DNA of 64,000 nt from Burkholderiales bacterium (GTDB taxonomy: Bacteria > Pseudomonadota > Gammaproteobacteria > Burkholderiales > Ga0077523), in NCBI GenBank assembly GCA_965279325.1, contig OZ257154.1:5128988-5192987 (forward strand), in the 5' to 3' direction. The notes beneath the pieces are model-generated. The model was not told where the DNA came from, ran no database searches, and saw nothing but the letters and a program-made list of their open reading frames with translations. The position numbers and the translations under genes are program-made. Shown here piece by piece: positions 8,632-17,946 of this stretch; position 1 is the first letter of the stretch, and every line of letters begins with the position of its first letter.

Positions 8632-9951
8632 TTATGCCATCGATCGCACGAGCCACAGGCTCAGGATCGGGAAGAACACGAGCAACAGTACGCGAATCGC
8701 ATCGGACACGAGGAACGGGATCACGCCGCGGAACGCGGTGCGCATCGGCACATCCTTCGCGAGGCTGCTGATGATGTACACGTTCATCCCCACCGGTGGC
8801 GTGATCAACCCGATCTCCACCACCATCAGTGCGAGGATACCGAACCAGATGGCCTTCTCGGTAGCCTCGAGGCCCCAGAGATCGAGCCCCATGATCATCG
8901 GGAAGAAGATGGGGATGGTGAGCAGGATCATGGACAGGCTGTCCATGATGCAACCGAGGAAGACGTAGATGAGGATGATCGCGAACAGCACGGCGAGCGG
9001 CGGCAGCGCGCTGCCCTGCACCCAGGTCGCGAGTTCGGCCGGCATCTGCGACAGCGCGAGGAAGGAATTGAGCACGTCGGCGCCGAGCAGGATCAGGAAG
9101 ATCATGCCCGTGGCGCGGGCGGTCGCGTCGAAGCAGGCGAGCAGCCCGCGAAGACGCATGCCACGTGCGATCGCGAGCACCAGAGTGGCCGACGTGCCGA
9201 TCGCGGCACCTTCCGTCGCGCTGAAATAGCCGCCATACATTCCTCCCAGCATCACGATGAAGATCGCCACCACCGGCCAGACGGCGAGCAGGCTGAACCC
9301 GCGTTCACGCCACGAGTGGCGCGGGCCTGCAGGTCCTGCCCCGGGCTTCAGGCGCACCACGACGGCGATCACGAGCATGTAGCCGAGCGTCGCGATCACG
9401 CCGGGCACGAACGCGGCGGTGAATAGCTTGGCGATGTTCTGTTCGGTGAGGATCGCGTAGACGGCGAGCACCACGGAAGGCGGAATGAGGATGCCGAGGG
9501 TACCGCCCGCCGCGAGCGCACCGGTCGCGAGAGCGGGATCGTACTTGTGCTTGCGCAGCTCCGGGAGCGCCACCTGGCCCATGGTGGCCGCGGTCGCGAG
9601 GGACGATCCACAGATGGCGCCGAAGCCGGCGCACGCGGCCACCGCCGCCATCGCGATGCCGCCACGAAAATGCCCGATGAAGGCATTGCCGGAATTGAAC
9701 AACGCCGCCGACAGCCCGCCGCGCGAAGCGAGGTTGCCCATCAGCAGGAACATCGGTACGACCGAGAGGTCGTAGTTCGAGTAACGCGCGAAGGCGGCGG
9801 ACTTCAGGTGGTTGAGCAGCGGCGACCAGCCGGCGATGGCGACGTAGCCGGCGATGCCCGTGAGCAGCATCGCGATCGCGATCGGCACGCGCACGGCCAT
9901 GAGCACCAGCATCAGCGCCAGGAACAACAGGGCGATCGTGACGCCGCTCAT
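8632..9951 (-). CDS. TRAP transporter large permease (DctM)
   Basis: GSSLATAA, GGTLGILIPPS and ITPPVG motifs. Confidence 0.92.
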   Translation of the reverse strand: MSGVTIALLFLALMLVLMAVRVPIAIAMLLTGIAGYVAIAGWSPLLNHLKSAAFARYSNYDLSVVPMFLLMGNLASRGGLSAALFNSGNAFIGHFRGGIAMAAVAACAGFGAICGSSLATAATMGQVALPELRKHKYDPALATGALAAGGTLGILIPPSVVLAVYAILTEQNIAKLFTAAFVPGVIATLGYMLVIAVVVRLKPGAGPAGPRHSWRERGFSLLAVWPVVAIFIVMLGGMYGGYFSATEGAAIGTSATLVLAIARGMRLRGLLACFDATARATGMIFLILLGADVLNSFLALSQMPAELATWVQGSALPPLAVLFAIILIYVFLGCIMDSLSMILLTIPIFFPMIMGLDLWGLEATEKAIWFGILALMVVEIGLITPPVGMNVYIISSLAKDVPMRTAFRGVIPFLVSDAIRVLLLVFFPILSLWLVRSMA

Positions 9952-10466
9952 CGACGCCGCTCCAGCCACGCCGAGTAGAACCCCGTCGCGGCGAGCAGGG
10001 CGAACGCAGGGACTAGCGGCGCGTAGCCGAGCCAGACCGGCGCACCGAGGATCATCGTCGTTTCCTGGTTCGACCACACGCTCAAGGTCCCGAGCGCGAG
10101 GCGCCAGGCGATCAGTGCCGCGCAGGCGCCGAGCAGCAGGGCGCCGAGCGCATCGAGCCAGGCCTTGGTGCGAGGCGAGGCGCGCAACGTGAAGAAATCG
10201 ACGATGACGTGGCCCTTCTCGATCTGGCACCACGGCAGGAAGCACGCGACGCAGACCGCGCAGCCCAGTTGCACCAGTTCGAAGTCGCCCTGCACCGGCG
10301 AGTCGAAGAACTTGCGGCCGACCACGCTGATGACCGACAGCCCCAGCATCGCGATCAGGACGCAGCCGCCGAACCACGACAGCGCCCGGGCGAGTATCAG
10401 CAACGTCCGACCGACCGCGCCGCCTTTCCAGGCGTCGGTGGCCGGTGCCTCGAGCGTTTCCTGCAC
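9948..10466 (-). CDS. TRAP transporter small permease (DctQ)
   Basis: Four TM segments, GHVIVD motif, located between DctP and DctM. Confidence 0.88.
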   Translation of the reverse strand: MQETLEAPATDAWKGGAVGRTLLILARALSWFGGCVLIAMLGLSVISVVGRKFFDSPVQGDFELVQLGCAVCVACFLPWCQIEKGHVIVDFFTLRASPRTKAWLDALGALLLGACAALIAWRLALGTLSVWSNQETTMILGAPVWLGYAPLVPAFALLAATGFYSAWLERRR

Positions 10467-10467
10467 G

Positions 10468-11484
10468 CTACTTCGAGTACTTGGCGATCAGGCCGCGCGC
10501 CGCAGCGAGCAGCGCCTGGCCGTCGACGCCCTTGTCGCCCATTTCCTTGACCCAGCCGTCGATCACCGGTTGCGAGGCCTTCTTCCAGTTCTCGATCTCG
10601 GCCGCGGGCACGATGTTGATCGGGTACTTCGCCGTGGCCTTGCCGGCGATGTCGCCCTCGGCGAAGATCTTGCCGGCGAGCGTGGACAGCGCCACGCCGC
10701 TGTTGTTGTCGATGACCTTCTTCAGGTCCGCGGGCAGGCTGTCGTACTTCTCCTTGTTCATGGCCAGCACGAACACGGTGGTGTAGATCGCCGGCTGCGA
10801 CGGATCGGTCTCGCTGTGGAACTTGACCAGTTCCTGCACCTTGACCGCCGGCACCACTTCCCACGGCATCAGCGCGCCGTCGATGACGCCCTTGGACAGC
10901 GCCTCGGACACCTGTGGGATCGGCATGCCCACGGGTGTCGCACCGAAGCTCGCGAGCATCTTGTTGGTGAGCCGTGTAGGCGCACGCATCTTGAGGCCGT
11001 GGAAGTCGGCCATGGTCTTGATGGGACGCTTGACGATGTGGAACACGCCGCCGCCGTGTGGATGGATCGCGAGTGGCCGGATGTCCTTGAACTCGTCGGC
11101 CGTGTACTGCTGCACGAACTCCCACATGGCATGCCCGGTGCCTTCCGGGTTGGTCATCATGAAGGGCAGCTCGAACACTTCGGTCTTGGGGAAGCGTCCG
11201 GGCGTGTAGCCGGTGACAGTCCAGACCACGTCGGCTACGCCGTCCTTGGCCTGGTCGTAGAGCTGCGGCGCCGTACCCCCGAGCTGCATCGCGGGGTAGA
11301 TCTGGCACTTGAGCTTGCCCGCCGATTCCTTCGCGATGCGGTCGCACCAGGGCGTGATGAGCTTCACGTGCGCCGTCGAGGTCGGCGGCAGGAAGTGATG
11401 CACCTTCAGCGTGACTTCCTGCGCTGCGGCGGGAAGGCTCGCGGCCAGCACGGCGGCGAGCACGACCTTGCGTTGCCACTTCAT
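10468..11484 (-). CDS. TRAP substrate-binding protein (DctP)
   Basis: Signal peptide; YPAMQLGG, GYTPGRFP and GLKMRAP motifs; GGAGGAG RBS. Confidence 0.92.
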   Translation of the reverse strand: MKWQRKVVLAAVLAASLPAAAQEVTLKVHHFLPPTSTAHVKLITPWCDRIAKESAGKLKCQIYPAMQLGGTAPQLYDQAKDGVADVVWTVTGYTPGRFPKTEVFELPFMMTNPEGTGHAMWEFVQQYTADEFKDIRPLAIHPHGGGVFHIVKRPIKTMADFHGLKMRAPTRLTNKMLASFGATPVGMPIPQVSEALSKGVIDGALMPWEVVPAVKVQELVKFHSETDPSQPAIYTTVFVLAMNKEKYDSLPADLKKVIDNNSGVALSTLAGKIFAEGDIAGKATAKYPINIVPAAEIENWKKASQPVIDGWVKEMGDKGVDGQALLAAARGLIAKYSK

Positions 11485-11643
11485 GTTGTTCTCTCCTCCC
11501 ACGTACGTGCGCGGTTGTATTTGTGTTCGGCGATGCCTTGCTCGAAACGGCGGCGGCATCGCGTGCGTTGACTCCCTCGCGGATTCTGCCCTGTTTGGGG
11601 TGGGGGAGGGAATGCACGAGTTGCGCGACGCTGCGTATAACGC

Positions 11644-11800
11644 TCCTTCCCCCGCGACGAAGTCGTCGGGGAAGGTTGGGATGGGGGAGAAGTACGCCCT
11701 CTCTCCCCCGACTGTTTGCCCCCACCCTGACCCTCCCCCATCTTCGACGGGGGAGGGGACATGCCTCTGGTTTTGACGGGGGAAGGGACGTGCCTCTGGT
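11644..11800. repeat. REP-like palindrome cluster 2 with 29-nt tandem duplication
   Basis: Two palindromic units; GACGGGGGARGGGACRTGCCTCTGGT occurs at 11746 and 11775. Confidence 0.7.
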
Positions 11801-11809
11801 CGGACCGCG

Positions 11810-12685
11810 CTAGCCGCCGAACCGAGCCTCCGGCAATCCCGCAAGCTCCGTTCGAAATGCGAACACGCTGCCGGCGAGCGGCTGCTTGGCGAGATCTTCC
11901 GGCGTCAGCCGTTGCCGCGCGGTGGTGATGTAGAGCGTCTTGAGGTCCGCACCACCGAAGGCGCAGCAGGTCGTTCCCGTGGCCGGCACCTGGACGATCA
12001 GATCGACCAGACCCGCGGGTGTGTAGCGTAGGACCTGTCCGGCGCCGTACTCGCAATTCCAGAGGCATCCCGCGCTGTCGACGGCAGAGCCGTCCGGCCT
12101 GCCCTTGTGCGGACTCAGGTCGGCGAAGACGCGCTTCCGCCCCAGCTTGCCGGACGCGAAATCGAACTCGAAGGACCAGATGGTGTGCCGGTGCGTATCC
12201 GCGTAGTACATCGTCCTGTTGTCCGGACTCCACGCGAGGCTGTTGGGCACGACGACGTCGCCGAATTGCCGCGCGCATTTGCCGCTTGGATCGATGCGGT
12301 AGAGGCTCCCGACCGGTTCGCGCGGTCCGTCGCTCATGGTGCCGACCCAGAAGCGGCCGGCTCGATCGCAGCGACCGTCGTTGAACCGGTTCGTGGGCGG
12401 CTCGTTCTTCGGTCGCGCGAATTCGCTCAGCGCACCGGTAGCGGGATCGAAGCGGCGCACTGCGCTCTGCATCGCCAGCAGGAGCGTGCCGTCCTGGGTG
12501 AACGCGATGCTGCCCACGGGTTCGTCGAACGTCCAGGATTGCGGCGCGCCGTCACCGGTCCATCGATGCAGCTTGGGCCCGCGGATGTCCACCCACCACA
12601 GTGCCTGCTGCCGATCGTCCCACAACGGGCATTCGCCGAGCACGTCTTCGTGGTGCAGGGCGAGCTCTGCCGACAGGATCTTCAT
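11810..12685 (-). CDS. SMP-30/gluconolactonase family protein
   Basis: LGECPLWD, RFNDGRCD, PNSLAWS and PDG motifs. Confidence 0.9.
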   Translation of the reverse strand: MKILSAELALHHEDVLGECPLWDDRQQALWWVDIRGPKLHRWTGDGAPQSWTFDEPVGSIAFTQDGTLLLAMQSAVRRFDPATGALSEFARPKNEPPTNRFNDGRCDRAGRFWVGTMSDGPREPVGSLYRIDPSGKCARQFGDVVVPNSLAWSPDNRTMYYADTHRHTIWSFEFDFASGKLGRKRVFADLSPHKGRPDGSAVDSAGCLWNCEYGAGQVLRYTPAGLVDLIVQVPATGTTCCAFGGADLKTLYITTARQRLTPEDLAKQPLAGSVFAFRTELAGLPEARFGG

Positions 12686-12975
12686 GTCTTCCGGTCGCGG
12701 TTTCCACGGATGCGTTGCCACGCCTGCCACGCGGCCCAGGCGCGCAACGACCAGCGCATCGCACGGCCGGGACGCAGAATGGTCGCGGCGGCCAGCGCAC
12801 TACCCACGATCACGGGCTTCGAGCGGAGCAGCCGCAGCGCGCGCAAGCCCCACTCCACGATCTTCACTGGCGGCGTCGTCGCACGAACGAGCCGCGCCAC
12901 TTCATCGCGTTCGTGCGTCGCTCGCTCCAGCAGCAGCGCCCTGCGTGCGTGAAGTTCCGCCAGCTCCTCGTTCAT
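12682..12975 (-). CDS. YqjK-like protein
   Basis: Basic small protein after the YqjE-like gene, with ATGA overlaps at both ends. Confidence 0.65.
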   Translation of the reverse strand: MNEELAELHARRALLLERATHERDEVARLVRATTPPVKIVEWGLRALRLLRSKPVIVGSALAAATILRPGRAMRWSLRAWAAWQAWQRIRGNRDRKT

Positions 12976-13364
12976 CGGGATCTGCGCAGCCGCTCGCCGT
13001 CCTTCGCGAGTTCGCCCAGCGTCGCCGAGAAGAGCTTGGGGCGCGTGCGGGCATTGCGCACGAGCGCCACTATGCAACCGCCGCCGATGCCGACGAAGAC
13101 GAGAAACAGCACGCCGATGGCGATCAGGCGATGTGTATCCCAGAACAGCACCACCAGGAACATCACCGCCAGCAGCGAGGCCACCGCGAGGCAGAAGCCG
13201 GAGACGATCGCCAGCAGCAGCCCCTGTCGCAGGCGAACACGCTCTTCCTCGAACTCGGTGGCGACGATCTCGATGCGGGTGTGCAGCAGCCCGACGAAGG
13301 TGGCGCCCAGTTGCCGTGCGGAACGGAGGATTCCGCCGGACTGCTCGCGTTCCGATTCGGCCAC
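12972..13364 (-). CDS. YqjE/phage-holin-superfamily membrane protein
   Basis: TRIEIVATEFEEE, two TM segments, FSATLGELAKD. Confidence 0.82.
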   Translation of the reverse strand: MAESEREQSGGILRSARQLGATFVGLLHTRIEIVATEFEEERVRLRQGLLLAIVSGFCLAVASLLAVMFLVVLFWDTHRLIAIGVLFLVFVGIGGGCIVALVRNARTRPKLFSATLGELAKDGERLRRSR

Positions 13365-13365
13365 G

Positions 13366-13677
13366 CTACTTGCGACTGACCAGCACGCCGATGACGAGTC
13401 CGACTGCCGCGGCGATTCCCACCGCCTGCCAGGGACGCTGGTGCACGAACCGGTCGGCTTCCAGAGCCGCGACCTTCGCTTCGAACAGCACCTTCTCCTC
13501 GACCCGTTCGATCTGGGCGCGCGCCTCGCTCAGCGTTTCCCGGATGCGGGCGCGCGTGGCGCTCGCCTTCTCACCGACTTCCTCGGCGGTTTCTTCGAGA
13601 ATGGATTCGGCGTCGGCCACCAGGGTCTGGAGGTCGACCACCAGGCGGTCGATGCTGGTCTCGGCTTCGGTGCTCAT
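13366..13677 (-). CDS. DUF883 (ElaB/YqjD) tail-anchored protein
   Basis: DRFVHQRPWQAVGIAAAVGLVIG C-terminus. Confidence 0.88.
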   Translation of the reverse strand: MSTEAETSIDRLVVDLQTLVADAESILEETAEEVGEKASATRARIRETLSEARAQIERVEEKVLFEAKVAALEADRFVHQRPWQAVGIAAAVGLVIGVLVSRK

Positions 13678-14264
13678 GGTTTGCAGGTCTCTCGATAGAT
13701 GGAATTCCTGGGAAATTCGAACACGCGGCGCAGCATTGGTTCGAAAAATTCCAGCGGCGCGCATTCCATCGCGGGATCGAAGGCCGGGTTGTCGTACAGC
13801 TCGCAGAAGCGGGCGGTCCGCTCGAAGTGCGGATGGCCACTAAACTGCTCGCGCATGTCGGGGTCGAGCCCGATCTTGTCGAAGAAGAAGTAGCCCTGGA
13901 AGATGCCGTGCTTCTCCACCATCCAGTGATTGGCCTCGGACACGAACGGCTTGAGGATCGCGGCACTCACGTCCGGATGATTCCACGAACCGAGCGTGTC
14001 GCCGATATCGTGCAGCAGCGCACAGACAACGTACTCCTCGTCCTCGCCGCCTTTGAGCGCGAGCGTCGCGGTCAGCAGCGAATGGTGCAGTCGGTCCACG
14101 AGGAAGCCGCCGTCATCGCCGCCCAGCAGATTGAGGTGCCCGAGGATCCGATCCGGCAGCGTGCGCGCGAACGGCTGGTAGCGTTCGACGATGATGTCCC
14201 AGTCGGCCTTCGTGCTCTCGCGCATGGACTTGAAGCCCGCGCGTTGATCCGCCATGTTGCCCAT
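13674..14264 (-). CDS. HD-domain metal-dependent hydrolase
   Basis: HHSL..AT, ALLHDIGD, NH and EKH motifs; GAGGGG RBS. Confidence 0.85.
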   Translation of the reverse strand: MGNMADQRAGFKSMRESTKADWDIIVERYQPFARTLPDRILGHLNLLGGDDGGFLVDRLHHSLLTATLALKGGEDEEYVVCALLHDIGDTLGSWNHPDVSAAILKPFVSEANHWMVEKHGIFQGYFFFDKIGLDPDMREQFSGHPHFERTARFCELYDNPAFDPAMECAPLEFFEPMLRRVFEFPRNSIYRETCKP

Positions 14265-14350
14265 GTCTGTCCCCTCGCGTACCTATGGTCGAGCCAGTAT
14301 AGCGCGGGCTGCGATCGCGTCTGTGCGGGTACAGACGGAGCAACAGCGTA

Positions 14351-14460
14351 AACACGAAGGGCACGAAGGTACACGAAGGAGATCGAGGTGGATCGATCAC
14401 GGTTCGAGGTCTGCGCTCGGACCTTGGGTTTCCTTCGTGCACCTTCGTGCCCTTCGTGTT
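14351..14460. repeat. 110-bp element with 30-bp terminal inverted repeats built of CACGAAGG units
   Basis: 14351-14380 matches the reverse complement of 14431-14460 at 29/30 positions. Confidence 0.85.
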
Positions 14461-14474
14461 GAATGCCGTGCCTT

Positions 14475-15335
14475 TTAGAACTTCCCGTTGCCGTTCTTCC
14501 ACTGTTCCCGCGGCGGAATTGTTTCGATCACGTCCCAGTGCTCCACGAGTTTCCCGTTGGCAACCCGGAACAGATCGTAGAAGGCGGTCGCCTTGCCCGC
14601 GAATTCGCCCTCGCTCACCACCAGCACGAAGTCGCCTTCGCCCAGCACCTTGTGGATGCGCGTGTACTTGAGCGTGATGCCCTGCTTGGCAAGCGCTTCG
14701 AGCGCAGCGGCGAGGCCCGACAACCCGTCCGCGATCTGCGGGTTGTGCTGCCGATAGTTCTCGCCGTCCAGGTAGCCTGCGAGCTTCTCGCCGCGGCCGT
14801 TCACCAGCACGTCGTCGACGAACGCGCGTACCAGCGCCTTGTTCGCCTCGGTCTTGCCCAGATCGGTGGCGACTACCGGCCCGTCGATCATCGTCCGACC
14901 GCTGGGATTGGGCTTGGCCGGGGTTTCCTGCAGATTGTCCCAATGCTCGACGAAGCGGCCGTTCTCCACGCGGAAGATGTCGAAGCCGATCTTCGGGCCG
15001 AAGAAGTCGTAGTCGGTGTGCGCGAAGACGTAGTCGCCGTCCCGGAAGGCACGCACGGTGCGTACCTTGATCGCCCCCTTGGGCACGGCTTGCAGCAGGG
15101 CGCCGATGCCGGCCAGGCCGTCGGCGATCGCGAGGTTGTGCTGGATGTACTTGTCGGGATTGATGGCGGCAACCGGTGCCGGGTCGCGGGTCTCGAGGCT
15201 CTTCAGGAGGGCGACGGCTTGCTCCTTCGGATTGGCGGTCATGGTCTTCTCCTGGGCTTGTGCAGCGATGGGCAGGACAGCGATGGCGGTGGCGGCGAGC
15301 GCCGGAATGAGCGGAAAGCGGGTGGTGCGTTGCAT
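14475..15335 (-). CDS. Exported tandem SnoaL/NTF2-like protein
   Basis: Signal peptide; two YxQHN...D.FRV.NG..VEHWD modules. Confidence 0.85.
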   Translation of the reverse strand: MQRTTRFPLIPALAATAIAVLPIAAQAQEKTMTANPKEQAVALLKSLETRDPAPVAAINPDKYIQHNLAIADGLAGIGALLQAVPKGAIKVRTVRAFRDGDYVFAHTDYDFFGPKIGFDIFRVENGRFVEHWDNLQETPAKPNPSGRTMIDGPVVATDLGKTEANKALVRAFVDDVLVNGRGEKLAGYLDGENYRQHNPQIADGLSGLAAALEALAKQGITLKYTRIHKVLGEGDFVLVVSEGEFAGKATAFYDLFRVANGKLVEHWDVIETIPPREQWKNGNGKF

Positions 15336-15481
15336 GGCGGATTCTCCTGTCGATGGGTCGGAAAGGCGTGCAGCGCTTCCGACGACGATGGTCATTTTGT
15401 ACAACAGATTCCCGGAATGACAGGTTTAATACGCACAACTTGTGGTAAAAAACGGTCAATCCGAATCACCGTGAGGAACCC

Positions 15482-16381
15482 ATGGCACGCGCCAGGCAGA
15501 TCGAGTCGATTCCGTATCGGCCCCCGCTCGCTTACGCACTCGATCTCGAAGTGATGTCCATGGGCGAGTTGCGCCGACGAGTGCCCGTCGAGCATCGGCA
15601 CTTCGTGCACCGGATCGAGTTCCACATGCTGATCCTGGTTACGCGAGGGACCTTCACCCACATGGTCGATTTCGACGACTACCGCTGCGCTCGCGGGGTA
15701 CTGCTCGCGTTGCGCCCGGGGCAGGTCCAGCGCTTCGAGCGTGCGCCGGGGTGGGACGGCTGGATCACCATGTTCCGCCCGGAGTTCCTGCTGCCTTTGC
15801 AGGGGCCGACGGGTGACGTCCATTCCCAGGTGGGGGTCGGTGCGCTACCGACCTCGCTGCGGCTCAGCCCGCAAATGCTCGAGGCCGCGGTCGAAGGCCT
15901 CCAACGCATTCATGCCGACGCCGGAACACTGCCCGCGGGGCCCGAAACCGGCGCCCTCCTGCGGCATCAACTCACCGCGCTGCTGTTGCGCCTGGCGCTC
16001 GGGCAGGCCGATCGAAGCGTCCTCGCACCGGGTTCGGCCGCGAGCCTGCAGCGCTTCCGGCGCTTCCAGGCGGCCGTCGAGCGCGACTACGTGCGGGACC
16101 ACGGCGTGGCAGGTTATGCTCAGCGACTGGGATGTTCGGAACGAAGCCTGACGCGGGCCACCCTGGAAAGCGCCGGGGTCAGCGCCAAGGCCTACCTCGT
16201 GAACCGTATCGTCCTGGAGGCAAAACGGCTGCTGGCGCACACCGCAGCGCCGGTGTCGAACGTCGCGGACGACCTGGGCTTCGCCGAGGCGACCAATTTC
16301 GTGAAGTTCTTCCGGCGCGAGGCCGGTTGCTCGCCGGGGGAGTTTCGACGGCAGCAGGCTGCGGCCGGCAGGCACGAGTGA
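15482..16381 (+). CDS. AraC family transcriptional regulator
   Basis: N-terminal cupin domain; C-terminal LGF.EATNF.KFFRR..G.SP.EFR. Confidence 0.92.
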   Translation: MARARQIESIPYRPPLAYALDLEVMSMGELRRRVPVEHRHFVHRIEFHMLILVTRGTFTHMVDFDDYRCARGVLLALRPGQVQRFERAPGWDGWITMFRPEFLLPLQGPTGDVHSQVGVGALPTSLRLSPQMLEAAVEGLQRIHADAGTLPAGPETGALLRHQLTALLLRLALGQADRSVLAPGSAASLQRFRRFQAAVERDYVRDHGVAGYAQRLGCSERSLTRATLESAGVSAKAYLVNRIVLEAKRLLAHTAAPVSNVADDLGFAEATNFVKFFRREAGCSPGEFRRQQAAAGRHE

Positions 16382-16406
16382 TCCACCACGCGAGGAAACG
16401 AGATCC

Positions 16407-17423
16407 ATGCTGAGACCCGTACCGACGAGCACCGACCTCAACGCCACCGGGACCACTCTGGCGCAACGGCTGCGCAGCCGCCTGGCGCTCCCGGTGATCG
16501 GGGCGCCGCTGTTCATCGTCTCGAATCCGGACCTCGTCATCGCTCAGTGCACGAGCGGCGTCGTGGGTTCCTTCCCAGCCCTCAACGCGCGGCCTGCCGA
16601 AGTGCTGGACGAATGGATCGAACGGATCGTCACGTCGCTCGCGGCCTACGAACGGGAACATCCGGGTGCGAAGGTGGCGCCGTTCGCCGTGAACCAGATC
16701 ATCCACCAGTCCAACGACCGGCTCGATCAGGATCTCGATGCGTGCGTTCGCCATCGGGTGCCCATCATCATCACGAGCCTGCGGGCGCCGAACGACGTCG
16801 TGAAGCGGGTCCACGACTACGGCGGCGTGGTGTTCCACGACGTGATCTCCATCCGTCATGCCGAGAAGGCACTCGAGGCAGGCGTGGACGGCCTGGTGCT
16901 GGTCTGTGCCGGCGCCGGCGGACACGCGGGCACGCTGAGCCCGTTCGCGCTCGTGCGCGAAGTGCGACGGTTCTTCGACGGGCCGATCGCGCTTTCCGGT
17001 GCGATCACGGACGGTGCCGGCGTACTTGCCGCCGAAGCCATGGGGGCCGACTTCGCCTATCTCGGGACCCGCTTCGTCGCCTCGCGCGAAGCCAATGCGA
17101 CCGAAGGGTACAAGCAGGCGATCGTGGACAGCGCCGCTGCCGACATCGTGTACACCCCGTACTTCACGGGTGTGCACGGCAACTATCTCAAGAGCAGCAT
17201 CGCCAGCGCAGGCCTCGACCCGGCCAATCTGCCGGAGGTGCAAAAGACCTCCATGGACTTCGGCACCGGTCGCGGCAAGGAGTCCGGCAAGAAGCCGTGG
17301 AAGGACATCTGGGGCGCGGGGCAGGGCGTGGGCAACATCCAGGATGCGCCGCCGGCTGCCGAGGTCGTGCAGCGGCTGGTGCGCGAGTATTCGGCGGCGC
17401 GTGCCCGACTGCTGGTCCCCTGA
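16407..17423 (+). CDS. Nitronate monooxygenase family FMN enzyme
   Basis: APLFIVS, AGAGGHAG, YLGTRF and WGAGQG motifs. Confidence 0.9.
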   Translation: MLRPVPTSTDLNATGTTLAQRLRSRLALPVIGAPLFIVSNPDLVIAQCTSGVVGSFPALNARPAEVLDEWIERIVTSLAAYEREHPGAKVAPFAVNQIIHQSNDRLDQDLDACVRHRVPIIITSLRAPNDVVKRVHDYGGVVFHDVISIRHAEKALEAGVDGLVLVCAGAGGHAGTLSPFALVREVRRFFDGPIALSGAITDGAGVLAAEAMGADFAYLGTRFVASREANATEGYKQAIVDSAAADIVYTPYFTGVHGNYLKSSIASAGLDPANLPEVQKTSMDFGTGRGKESGKKPWKDIWGAGQGVGNIQDAPPAAEVVQRLVREYSAARARLLVP

Positions 17424-17436
17424 ACGCGAGACGACC

Positions 17437-17946
17437 ATGGCATCGTCGCCACAGAATGCAGGGATCCTCGACGAAAGCCACGTCGCATTCATGACGGGCG
17501 GGGTGTCGATCAACGCGGCGGCACGCGATGCCCACAACGTGCCCACACTCACACGCGCGCTGGGGTGCCGCGTGTCGGCCGACCGCCGCACCGTCACGCT
17601 GTTCGTGGCGGCGCCCGACGCTGCACGGTTCCTCGACAACCTGCGTATCAACGGCGCCATCGCCGCCGTGTTCAGCCAGCCCAGCACGCACCACACCATT
17701 CAGTTGAAGGGGGCCGATGCACGCGTGGTAGCGCGTGAACCGGACGACGTGGCCCTGTTCGAGAAGTTCATTGTGGCCTTGGCGGCGGATCTCTCGCACT
17801 ACGGCTGGGCGGAAACCTACGTCCGCACGATGCTGGGTCACGACGACCAGGACATCGTCGCGGTCGCGTTCACGCCGAACGCGGCCTTCAACCAGACGCC
17901 CGGTGCCGCGGCCGGGGCGCCGCTGGCATCGACGGGGACGCCATGA
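17437..17946 (+). CDS. Pyridoxamine-5'-phosphate oxidase-like (FMN-binding split barrel) protein
   Basis: FSQPSTHHTIQLKG and NQTPG motifs; coupled to the next gene by an ATGA overlap. Confidence 0.65.
   Translation: MASSPQNAGILDESHVAFMTGGVSINAAARDAHNVPTLTRALGCRVSADRRTVTLFVAAPDAARFLDNLRINGAIAAVFSQPSTHHTIQLKGADARVVAREPDDVALFEKFIVALAADLSHYGWAETYVRTMLGHDDQDIVAVAFTPNAAFNQTPGAAAGAPLASTGTP

Noticed and set aside
11485-11844. N-terminal extensions of ORFs through the REP clusters (dctP; also yceH 22353..22646 and rluE 47303..47362)
   Set aside because: Stop-free GC repeats; family N-termini and RBS or promoter signals favour the downstream starts.
12972-13364. Prophage suggested by the holin-family protein
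   Set aside because: It is the chromosomal YqjE module; no phage genes are nearby.
14475-16381. SnoaL/AraC pair as a polyketide biosynthetic locus
   Set aside because: No PKS or NRPS genes; this is a common regulator-target pair.
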